Positions 20,791 to 29,755 of a stretch of 64,000 nt of DNA are shown here, one piece after another; the stretch's first letter is position 1; the number at the start of each line of letters is the position of its first letter. Where the stretch lies: positions 1-64,000 of the IMG/VR virus record IMGVR_UViG_2884152688_000003, one strand, 5' to 3'. The position numbers and the translations under genes were made by a program. Origin of the DNA: a virus. Its lineage: Duplodnaviria; Caudoviricetes. Below the pieces are notes generated by a model. That model ran no database searches. It was not told the DNA's origin and worked only from the letters and a program-made list of their open reading frames with translations.

Positions 20791-21020
20791 TTATTCTTAT
20801 ATATAGTATTAAATTATTTTTGGTGTCCCTTATAACTGTTTTTTTATTCGATTTTTACACGTAGTTTCGGATACTATGTCTGCATGTAACTATTTTACCT
20901 AAAATCACATGGGTAAAGAAGGGAGATTGACTCTCTTTTTTACTTAAAAGCATCTTTTTTGCAAGTTGCATCTATATAAAGTATTATAATATCCTCGCAT
21001 ATTAATATTTCTTGATCCAT

Positions 21021-21326
21021 TTATATTACCTTTCTCTCTGGTAAGTTATCTATTAGAAATTTACACTTATCGACACAATCTTGACATGACAGGTTTTCAC
21101 TTAATCTAAATCCTATGAATATACCATAATCATTTCCTTCAAATATATCCCAGTCTAATTCTGGTGTATCATCTAAATATTCGGCAAATTCTTTTTTTTC
21201 ATATATAGAATAATCTTCTATTAGAAACACTACACTTTCATAGTATTTCTTTGAGATATAATCATAGTCTTCACCTTCAAAATATCTAATTCCTTTGTAT
21301 ATTCCTTTTTCAATTAAATTTCTCAT
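21021..21326 (-). CDS. hypothetical protein
   Basis: ORF. Confidence 0.6.
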   Translation of the reverse strand: MRNLIEKGIYKGIRYFEGEDYDYISKKYYESVVFLIEDYSIYEKKEFAEYLDDTPELDWDIFEGNDYGIFIGFRLSENLSCQDCVDKCKFLIDNLPERKVI

Positions 21327-21356
21327 TTGTTTATACCTATCTAGAAACTACAAACA

Positions 21357-21668
21357 CTAAACATATTTACAACTCATTATACTTGTCTCAACTTTAAAGT
21401 GCTTATCTAGATTCCCCTCTGTATAATATTTTGTAATTTCTTTCATTAGATCATCAAACTCATTGAGACCTTCCCTACTATGTTCTTCAAGCGTTATAAT
21501 TAAACATCTACCTTCATCCAAATAAATTTTTATTCGATAGCAATTGCTTTCATATGTTTTTTCTAAAAACTGTATTTTATAAAACGGAACTCTGAAAGAA
21601 GATTCCTTTCTCCCTATAATTGATGATACTATTAAACATGGATATTCTCCCCTTATTTCTTGCCACAT
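21357..21668 (-). CDS. hypothetical protein
   Basis: ORF with AAGGAG RBS. Confidence 0.65.
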   Translation of the reverse strand: MWQEIRGEYPCLIVSSIIGRKESSFRVPFYKIQFLEKTYESNCYRIKIYLDEGRCLIITLEEHSREGLNEFDDLMKEITKYYTEGNLDKHFKVETSIMSCKYV

Positions 21669-21713
21669 AATTTTTCTCCTTTTTTTATATTAAAAACTTG
21701 ATTTTATTTACTT

Positions 21714-22109
21714 TTAAAATAATTCTCTTATCTCTTCTTTAGTCATTTTCTCATATTCTACTTCAACCATTTTGCCACGTTCTTCACTTATTCTTTCAGC
21801 TTCTTTAAGTGCATTTACTTTATTTTCTAGATCAATCACTTGTGAAAAGTGATAATCTAAGTCCATATCCACATATACCAATGATTCATTTTCTTTTAAT
21901 TTAAAATCTTTATCTAAAGTGGTTGAAGGATATTCTTCAATAGGTATATCATATAATAATAGCGATATTACTTCTTCTGCGTAGACTACAGCTTTACCAT
22001 AAGTACTGGCATATGTTACCATCTCTCTATCTTCAAATGTTGGTAAAGTTACATAAAAAACGTTATCTTCTTTATTTTTTTCAATTACAACTGGATATAC
22101 GATATTCAT
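21714..22109 (-). CDS. hicB: HicB-family antitoxin-like protein
   Basis: YPVVI...FYVTLP.F...T....A...AEEVI.L.L. Confidence 0.7.
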   Translation of the reverse strand: MNIVYPVVIEKNKEDNVFYVTLPTFEDREMVTYASTYGKAVVYAEEVISLLLYDIPIEEYPSTTLDKDFKLKENESLVYVDMDLDYHFSQVIDLENKVNALKEAERISEERGKMVEVEYEKMTKEEIRELF

Positions 22110-22683
22110 ATTGTTCTCCTTTTCTTTCCCATTGCCTAATTATTAGAGCATTTCGTTTAAGCTCAACATTAGGATATTTTGCCAATAGTTTCCTTGTGTC
22201 AAATCCATGTGGAGTTACAACTGAAAACCCATTTGGGGTCTGATAAATTTCATATAAATCGTCACTCCCTAATATATTAACTAAATCATTTGTAAAGTCA
22301 TGGCTATAATCATTATTCTTTATGTTATCCAAGTCAAACAGGAACTTCTTTGTAATAGCCATATTAGGTTTTCCTGCAATCTTCTTGATTTTTCTCATAA
22401 TATTATCTAATCTTGTATCTTCAAAATCTATTAAATGATGGATCAACTCTTTTCGTATTTTTTCACCATCTCTTAAGTCTATGTATTCGTACCACCTAGA
22501 CATTTCACCATCAACACCTTCTTCTATGAATTTAATCCATTGCTCTTCCAATATTTCCCAGTCTTGCATTGTTGGTATATCTGGCAATAATAGTGTTTTT
22601 CCTCTTTCTTTAAACCCCTCAAGTTCTCTATTATCCTTGTTTCTTGACTTGAAAAGTATAAGTTTATAATTATTTTCAAACAT
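22081..22683 (-). CDS. hypothetical phage protein
   Basis: LFKSRNKDN, KKFLFDLD, TPNGF...HGFDTR; GAGGAGG RBS. Confidence 0.7.
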   Translation of the reverse strand: MFENNYKLILFKSRNKDNRELEGFKERGKTLLLPDIPTMQDWEILEEQWIKFIEEGVDGEMSRWYEYIDLRDGEKIRKELIHHLIDFEDTRLDNIMRKIKKIAGKPNMAITKKFLFDLDNIKNNDYSHDFTNDLVNILGSDDLYEIYQTPNGFSVVTPHGFDTRKLLAKYPNVELKRNALIIRQWERKGEQYEYRISSCN

Positions 22684-22706
22684 TTTATTCCTCCTCAATA
22701 AAATAA

Positions 22707-22820
22707 CTATTTTAACTCGTTTTTTGCCTTATCTTCAAGAAAAAGCATGATTGATATTATTATTACTTTATAAATTGCAACACCTGCAAATACCGGTATC
22801 CAGTTTTTAAATTCATCCAT
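22707..22820 (-). CDS. 37-aa hydrophobic peptide
   Basis: Hand-read MDEFKNWIPVFAGVAIYKVIIISIMLFLEDKAKNELK*, GAGGAGG RBS, first gene behind the promoter near 22935. Confidence 0.5.
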   Translation of the reverse strand: MDEFKNWIPVFAGVAIYKVIIISIMLFLEDKAKNELK

Positions 22821-22968
22821 ACTAATCCTCCTCATTGACTTACTTTTTAATTTATGGCATCTTAATAAGACATAAGTATCCCACTTTTCTTATTAACTAT
22901 AAGCATATTTTAACACAATTTATTCGTTATGTCAATGTCAGTTTATAAAGAAGGATTCTTTATCTCTA

Positions 22969-23646
22969 TTATTTTTTTTTAGAATTATTTTCAATTCTGT
23001 CTTGTCTTATTATCGCTGTAATAATCTTACCCATAACCTTGTAGTCTATATGTTCGCTTCCATTGACTACTATGTCTATATATCTATCTTCCGCTGAGTT
23101 AGGTCTTAATACAACCTTATCACCATATAGTAAAACACGTCTAATCTCATATACACCTTCTAGTTTGACTAATACTAAATCTTTATTTTGTAATCTATTT
23201 ACTCTAGAATATTCTTTGTCTATAACAATCCACGAACCATTAGGAATTTCTTTATTCATACTTTCGCTTGTATTTTTCAAGGTGGTTAAAGTTTTCTTTC
23301 CACCATATTCATCTAAAAATACATTTGGTAATTTTTTTTCATCAAGTTCTTTATTTTTAGGTATGTTTTCCTCATTAAGTTTTTCATGGAAAGTTTTTGT
23401 AGGTGCATTATATTCTAATGTATGTTCATATTCATCAAAAGCCAATAACCAATCCACTTCAACTTTAAATATATCTGAAAGTTTCTTTATTGTGCTTCTT
23501 TTCATATTTTCTACTTGTCCAGCCTCATATTTATTTATAGCGGCACGCTGTACCCCAACTATATTTCCTAGTTCTTCTTGAGTTAGTCCTAACTTTAACC
23601 TCATTTCCTTTATTCTATTTCCCATTAAATCTGTAGATTTCTTCAT
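22969..23646 (-). CDS. XRE HTH plus degenerate S24 domain repressor
   Basis: LTQEELG..VGV.R.AINKYE; SESMNKEIPNGS; EIRRV where the catalytic Lys is expected. Confidence 0.85.
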   Translation of the reverse strand: MKKSTDLMGNRIKEMRLKLGLTQEELGNIVGVQRAAINKYEAGQVENMKRSTIKKLSDIFKVEVDWLLAFDEYEHTLEYNAPTKTFHEKLNEENIPKNKELDEKKLPNVFLDEYGGKKTLTTLKNTSESMNKEIPNGSWIVIDKEYSRVNRLQNKDLVLVKLEGVYEIRRVLLYGDKVVLRPNSAEDRYIDIVVNGSEHIDYKVMGKIITAIIRQDRIENNSKKK

Positions 23647-23852
23647 AAATACACCCCTTTCTATATTATGTATTGTATCATATTATTTAACATATAGTCA
23701 ATAATTTTATTTTTTGTAATAAATTTAATACAAATCTCTTGACATATAATCTTAAAAAATATATGATATATGTATCTTAATAAGAACATATTATTTTTAT
23801 ATGTTTATTTTGTAGTACATTTAAGATATATAATAAAAAATAGGAGGTAATT

Positions 23853-24596
23853 ATGCAAGAATTAATTAGGGTAGAAACAAATGAAAACATGGAACCAATT
23901 ATAAGTGGTAGAGAATTACACGAAAGGTTAGAAGTTAAGAGCAAATATAATGACTGGATCAAAAGGATGTTAGAGTACGGATTTACTGAAGGCGTTGATT
24001 TTACACTATTTACTCAAAAAAAAGTAAGTAGTAACGCAAGTGGATTTAAAACAATAACAGACCACATTCTAAAACTAGATATGGCAAAAGAAATTGCGAT
24101 GATACAAAGAAATGAAAAAGGAAAACAGATTAGAAAATATTTCATTGAGGTAGAAAAAGAGTTTAATAGTCCAGAAAGAATAATACAAAGAGCATTAGTA
24201 TATGCAAATAATCAGATAGATACTTTGAAATTAGAAAGTAAAATAAAGGATCAGCAAATAGCAGAATTGAAACCTAAAGCTGATTATACTGATATCATAT
24301 TGAAAAATAAAGGTTTAGTAACAGTCTCACAAATAGCTAAGGATTATGGTATGTCTGGAAATGCTTTGAATAAGATACTAAATGCCTTAAAGATACAATA
24401 TAAGCAAAGTGGACAATGGTTGTTATACGCAAAATACCAAAATAATGGCTATACTCATTCAGAAACTATTCCATTGCTTGGGGTAAATGGATTTGACATA
24501 GTTAGTATGCATACGAAATGGACACAAAAAGGAAGATTATTTCTATATGAATTGCTAAAAGAAAACAATATATTACCAAAAATTGAACAAAACTAA
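23853..24596 (+). CDS. phage antirepressor (AntA/AntB plus KilAC/ANT)
   Basis: SGRELHE.L, DMAKEIAMIQR, LKPKADY, TKWTQKGRLF. Confidence 0.92.
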   Translation: MQELIRVETNENMEPIISGRELHERLEVKSKYNDWIKRMLEYGFTEGVDFTLFTQKKVSSNASGFKTITDHILKLDMAKEIAMIQRNEKGKQIRKYFIEVEKEFNSPERIIQRALVYANNQIDTLKLESKIKDQQIAELKPKADYTDIILKNKGLVTVSQIAKDYGMSGNALNKILNALKIQYKQSGQWLLYAKYQNNGYTHSETIPLLGVNGFDIVSMHTKWTQKGRLFLYELLKENNILPKIEQN

Positions 24597-24606
24597 GGAG
24601 AAAATA

Positions 24607-24846
24607 ATGAAATCATTTGAAATAACTTACAAGAATGGAATTAAAAATACTATAACACCTTTAAATTTAAGAACTATTCAAGTCGATGGATTCACTTTCA
24701 TGTTCCATGAACACATAAATCTTTGCCAAGTCTATTTAGGTTATGAATACCTTGAGTTATTAAGAGAATTTACTATATCAGAGTTTGATTTAGTATTTTG
24801 CATTAACTATCTTAAAAATTATGTCAATACTGGAATAAGAATGTAA
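24607..24846 (+). CDS. hypothetical protein
   Basis: ATG behind AAGGAG. Confidence 0.6.
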   Translation: MKSFEITYKNGIKNTITPLNLRTIQVDGFTFMFHEHINLCQVYLGYEYLELLREFTISEFDLVFCINYLKNYVNTGIRM

Positions 24847-24856
24847 TATAAACACA

Positions 24857-24888
24857 AAAAACTAGCACAATTGTGCTAGTTTTATTTT
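24857..24888. terminator. bidirectional intrinsic terminator
   Basis: aaaactagcac-aatt-gtgctagtttt between convergent genes. Confidence 0.8.
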
Positions 24889-25551
24889 TTACGCTAAACC
24901 ATTTATCTCTCTTAACATTTTTTTTGAATTCTCATATACTATATTTATAGAACCATATTTGTATGATATCTCAAATGGCAAATCAGAATCTTTTTCTGAA
25001 TCCTTTAAAAATAATAATATATGTGACTTAGAACCATATTTTGCTATTCTAAGGCTATATCTATCTGAGTCTAAACCTATTTTATTCATTATGTCTTTAT
25101 AGTCATTAACTTCATAATCTTCTCCTAAATTTACCTTTATTGATTGGATTTCTCCATCTTCAAAAAAACCAAAAGTATAATCTAAACCATTTTTTTTATA
25201 ATACAAGTAGTCAATCATCATTGTCCCATCATTTATTTCTTTATAAGGTTTTCCCCATTCCCCATTTTCTGATGTTAGGTCATTTCTTGTCATTGATATA
25301 TATTCATTAGCATCAATGATTTTTTTATTATTTTCAAAAAATTCAAACAATCCTGCTGTAATAACAAAAAAAATAATTAATATGCAACCAATAGTATATT
25401 TAGTATTCTTATTTTTCTTGAGTTTAAATTTTTTATGAGATTTTATTCCTAAAAATTCTTTCTTTTTTAGATCAAATTCTTCTTGTGTGATAATTCCATC
25501 ATCTAATAACTTCTTTAAATCAATTAAATCATCAGCATTTATTTTCTTCAT
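24889..25551 (-). CDS. SHOCT-domain membrane protein (possible superinfection exclusion)
   Basis: LKKLLDDGIITQEEFDLKKKEFL followed by a TM helix. Confidence 0.8.
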   Translation of the reverse strand: MKKINADDLIDLKKLLDDGIITQEEFDLKKKEFLGIKSHKKFKLKKNKNTKYTIGCILIIFFVITAGLFEFFENNKKIIDANEYISMTRNDLTSENGEWGKPYKEINDGTMMIDYLYYKKNGLDYTFGFFEDGEIQSIKVNLGEDYEVNDYKDIMNKIGLDSDRYSLRIAKYGSKSHILLFLKDSEKDSDLPFEISYKYGSINIVYENSKKMLREINGLA

Positions 25552-25641
25552 AACATTCTCCCTTTAAAATTGTATAATTACTATAATAGGATAACGCTTT
25601 TTACTTATTTTATCAACCATATATTTAAAAATATGGTTAAA

Positions 25642-25947
25642 TTATCTTAAAATCTTTACCAAATCAACTATGATTTTTAGTTTCTCTTCATCAAGTCCTA
25701 CAATCTCACGTGCAATTATATCTATCTTATCAGTTAATGAATCTTTACCAGTAATTATATATTCCATAGAAACCCCTAACACATTGGCTACAGAATATAA
25801 TTTATCTGCTGATGGCAAACTTTTATCCCAATTTCTTATTGTTCCATGTCCAACATTTGCCTTTCTTTCAAGTTCAGCAATGGTCATTCTTTTATTTTTT
25901 GTAATAATTTTCAAACGATCTAAAACACTTGATTTAATATTATTCAT
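25642..25947 (-). CDS. XRE family HTH regulator
   Basis: TIAELERKANVG.GTIRNW...PSADKL..VA..LGVS. Confidence 0.9.
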   Translation of the reverse strand: MNNIKSSVLDRLKIITKNKRMTIAELERKANVGHGTIRNWDKSLPSADKLYSVANVLGVSMEYIITGKDSLTDKIDIIAREIVGLDEEKLKIIVDLVKILR

Positions 25948-26066
25948 TTACCTATCTCCTTAAACCCACTTGAATTACTAGATTCACATTTTTGTGAAAG
26001 TAGTGTAAAATCAACGCCTTCAGCAAATACACATTCTTCATGTTAAAAGAAGTCTTTTATTAAGTT

Positions 26067-26402
26067 TTATCTAAATATACTATTTAGAAATTCTATAGCG
26101 TCAATTAATTCTAAGTAATTGTTTTCCTCTAATGTTAAAAAGTCTTTTATATCTAATCTTAGATAGTATTTTGTTGAAAAGAAAGATTGTTCATAATTTA
26201 TGATTTTAAATTTTCTTTCTTTTATCATTATGAAATCTTCTTGATACATATTCTCTTTTAAATATTCTTTTTTTTCATCATTATTTAATATCATTATTAT
26301 ATTTAGTTCTTCAAGATCTACTTTTTCATCCAAACATTCTTGTAAATCAGTATTTTTCTCAATTTTGTTATCTCTTCCATTGTTTATTTTTTTTAAAATC
26401 AT
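26067..26402 (-). CDS. hypothetical protein
   Basis: ORF, AAAGG RBS. Confidence 0.5.
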   Translation of the reverse strand: MILKKINNGRDNKIEKNTDLQECLDEKVDLEELNIIMILNNDEKKEYLKENMYQEDFIMIKERKFKIINYEQSFFSTKYYLRLDIKDFLTLEENNYLELIDAIEFLNSIFR

Positions 26403-26608
26403 TATCAAACCTTTCTTTAATCCAAAATATATTTTCAAAAGAAATTTTAACTTAATTATAGTTAATTTGTTCTTTTATGTTTATCTTGTTTATATGATAT
26501 AATAAAAGTATATGTATTGTCAATATGTATGTTAGTTTTTATTTTATTATATTGCAACATATATGTTGGGTAATTAGATAATTCAATGATTCAAGAAAGG
26601 ATTTTTTT

Positions 26609-27262
26609 ATGAACATAATTGAGAAGAGAAGATTAGAACTTGGATATAATAAAAAACTTTTTGCAAAATTGGTAGGAGTAAGTGAGATGACTGTAACTCG
26701 TTGGGAATCAGGTGATGTAGAAAATATGAAATCTAACAATATTATATCTGTAGCTAATGTCCTACAAATTTCACCTTTAGATATATTAAGTATAAATAAC
26801 CAAGGACAAGAATTTAAGAAAGAAAGAGTTACAGAAGACATTAATTATGTCTATGATAAATTACCTATTTCGGTCGCAGCAGGTATTCCTTTAGATTATG
26901 AATCGGGATACAAATTTGAAAAAATGCATATTCCAGATGATATTTTAGGAAAAAGAGCTGGAAAAAAAGAAATCGGTATTGCAAGAGTAAATGGTGACTC
27001 AATGAATAAAGATATACCAGATGGTTCATGGATCATTATAGATAGATATTATAATGATTTAAGTAAGGTTAAAAATAATGACATTGTATTAGTAAAAGAT
27101 ACAGCTGGATATACTATTAAAAGAATCGTTAAGTTAGGAGATAGAGTTGTTTTAAAACCAAATTCAACAGATGATAGTTTTACAGATATAATTATCACAA
27201 AATACAATGTGGAAGATTTTAAACTAATTGGAAAAGTAATAACATATATAGTTAATCTATAA
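26609..27262 (+). CDS. CI/LexA-like repressor (HTH plus S24 autopeptidase)
   Basis: HTH; VAAG cleavage site; GDSM catalytic Ser; IKR catalytic Lys. Confidence 0.92.
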   Translation: MNIIEKRRLELGYNKKLFAKLVGVSEMTVTRWESGDVENMKSNNIISVANVLQISPLDILSINNQGQEFKKERVTEDINYVYDKLPISVAAGIPLDYESGYKFEKMHIPDDILGKRAGKKEIGIARVNGDSMNKDIPDGSWIIIDRYYNDLSKVKNNDIVLVKDTAGYTIKRIVKLGDRVVLKPNSTDDSFTDIIITKYNVEDFKLIGKVITYIVNL

Positions 27263-27374
27263 TTATTTTAGAGAGTTATATTATATACTCTCTTTTTTGT
27301 TGTAAGAATTTAATCGAAATTATTTATCAAACTCTCTAATTCAAACATTTATGTATCAATTATAAGTTGATTTT

Positions 27375-27700
27375 TATACCATTCCGGAACTTGTTTGAAG
27401 GCATAATTTCACCCTTGTCAGGATGAAAAAAATAAGTATTCCGTATACTGCCATCGTCAATCTGTTCAGCAATCTAACTAAGTAACGCACTAGCATCTTC
27501 AATCGCTTTTTCACTTTCCCACCATAAAAATGGTCGCTACACCTCCAGCATAATTTATTCATCGGTCATGCAAACCCGACTGACGTATTACCTTGTGTCT
27601 ACAGACATGGCACAGTGGTAACCGATTAGACTTTCTAGCATTGGCTCTAATTAACCTATCGTTTTTATACTGCTTTCGGCTTGCAGTGATATAACAAATA
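27375..27700 (-). ncRNA. candidate structured non-coding RNA
   Basis: GC-elevated intergenic island with several hairpins; TTGACT promoter-like element at 27750-27745 pointing into it. Confidence 0.4.
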
Positions 27701-27842
27701 AATTATGCAATTTAACATCTATATTAACACTAATTCGATAGTTAAGTCAAGATATTATTTATATAAAAAATAAAATATATTTATATTTTTTAACATCATC
27801 AGTATAACCTAGTATTTTCAATATGTCAACAACATTTTTCGA

Positions 27843-28131
27843 GTGTTTACATGTTTACATGTTTACACGTTGTCATGTTTACGTGTGCATATGTTTACAA
27901 AACATGGTGTTTACGTGTTGTCATGTTTACGTGTTTACACGTTTACATGTTTATATGTTGTATTTTTATTTTTTTTTATAGCATTGATATTTCAATATTA
28001 TTTTACATATAACTGTTTACGTGTTTATGTGTTTACGTGTTTACACGTTTACATGTTTATGCATTTACGTGTTGTCATGTTTACGTGTTTATGTGTTTAC
28101 GTGTTTATGCGTTTATGTGTTGTCATGTTTA
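27843..28131 (+). repeat. parS-like centromere: two arrays of 8-bp RTGTTTAC repeats
   Basis: Tandem gtgtttac/atgtttac units at about 27843-27958 and 28014-28131, directly upstream of parA. Confidence 0.85.
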
Positions 28132-28184
28132 CAAAAAATAAAAGTTATGATATAATTATATTATTAAAATATTAGGAGGACGTT

Positions 28185-29012
28185 ATGGCTGAAAAAATAT
28201 TATTTGCTAATTTTAAAGGTGGAACTGGGAAAACTACAAATGCTTGCATGATATCTCTTAGACTTGCAGAATTAGGTAATAAAACCTTACTAATAGACTT
28301 GGATCCTCAAGCAAATGCAACTGGAATGTTGTTATTAACGAAACAAAGAAATACAGGTGAAATAACCAAGTTTAATTCAACACTAATGACGGCACTAGAT
28401 GATGGCAATTTAGAGAGTATCATTACAAGCATTAAGCAAAATCTAGATATAATCCCTACATTTGTAGACTTTGCGGGATATCCATATTATCTGATGGATA
28501 AATTTGAAGATGAAAGAGACAGGGTGTATTATTTGAAAACCTTAATTGATAAAATCGAAGATAAATATGATTATATTATTTTTGACGTACCACCTACTAT
28601 CTCTATATTTACAGATTCAGCAGTAGTGGCATGTGACGCTGTTACTATAGTTCTTCAGACACAAGAACATTCATTCTTAGGTTCTCAAATGTTTATAGAA
28701 TACCTACAAAAACTAGTTAATAAGTATTCGTTTGAAATAGATATATTGGGAATATTACCAGTTTTATTAAAAAACACATCTAAAGTAGATCAAGCTGTAT
28801 TGGAGAACGCAAAAGAAGAGTTTGGTGAAGTTAATTTTTTTGAGAATGTTGTAAAAAACATGGAAAGAATAAAAAGATATAGCATGCAAGGCGTTCCTGA
28901 TATGACAAATAGAAATGATTATGACATGCATGATGTTAAAGTATATGACATGTATAAACATGTCACGGATGAATTTTTAGAAAGGCTAAATAGAATTGAA
29001 GGTGAACAATAA
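28185..29012 (+). CDS. parA: ParA/Soj partition ATPase (type Ib-like)
   Basis: KGGTGKTT, LIDLDPQAN, IIFDVPP. Confidence 0.95.
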   Translation: MAEKILFANFKGGTGKTTNACMISLRLAELGNKTLLIDLDPQANATGMLLLTKQRNTGEITKFNSTLMTALDDGNLESIITSIKQNLDIIPTFVDFAGYPYYLMDKFEDERDRVYYLKTLIDKIEDKYDYIIFDVPPTISIFTDSAVVACDAVTIVLQTQEHSFLGSQMFIEYLQKLVNKYSFEIDILGILPVLLKNTSKVDQAVLENAKEEFGEVNFFENVVKNMERIKRYSMQGVPDMTNRNDYDMHDVKVYDMYKHVTDEFLERLNRIEGEQ

Positions 29013-29357
29013 ATGAAATTACAACCAGAAAATAAAAAGAAAAAAGATATTTATGACTTAAAAAGTAACGGAATAATAAGACCAGAGAAACAATATGAAG
29101 AGTCAGAGCACTTAAAAATATCCCCAAAAAAAGAAGTAAAAAAAGAAATTATAAAACCTAAAAAAATAAAATACAAATACATTAGAGGTGAAGAAGATTC
29201 TGTCAATCTAGCAAACGCAGTTGTTCTTACGTCTTCATATAAAAGCGTAGGAGAATATGTTAAAATATTAATAGAAAATGACTTTCAAGAAAAAACAAAA
29301 GAGGAGCAAGAACAAATAAAAATAGCATTGCAAATGATAGAAAGTAAAAATAAATAA
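29013..29357 (+). CDS. putative centromere-binding partner of ParA
   Basis: Small ORF coupled to parA; possible RHH-like C-terminus. Confidence 0.55.
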   Translation: MKLQPENKKKKDIYDLKSNGIIRPEKQYEESEHLKISPKKEVKKEIIKPKKIKYKYIRGEEDSVNLANAVVLTSSYKSVGEYVKILIENDFQEKTKEEQEQIKIALQMIESKNK

Positions 29358-29725
29358 TAATTTGTATACATTTACATTTTTACATATTTACATTTATGTT
29401 AATTTACATTTTTACATATTTTAAAGTTAAGATGCACGTAGTAGAATCATCATCATTTTGGTAGGATATATAGCATAAATTAATGATATTGCAAACAGGT
29501 ATACCTGTTATACATATTATACCTGTTATACCATTAAAAATGCTTTTATCTTCGGAATATATAGACGAAACTATTTAAAGTAATATAGTAAAATCGTCAT
29601 CAATTTGGATGGAGTAGAGTGGAATAGAGTAGTGAGTAATAATTATATTATATAGTATTTTAACCATCATTTTGGGAAGATTATAATATATATAATAAAT
29701 CTATCATCATTTTGGATAGATTTAT

Positions 29726-29755
29726 AAAAAAGGAAGGTCAATAACCTTCCTTTTT
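29726..29755. terminator. bidirectional intrinsic terminator
   Basis: aaaaaggaagg-tcaataa-ccttcctttt. Confidence 0.8.

Noticed and set aside
27843-28175. 110-aa Cys/Val-rich ORF
   Set aside because: Translation artefact of the 8-bp centromere repeats
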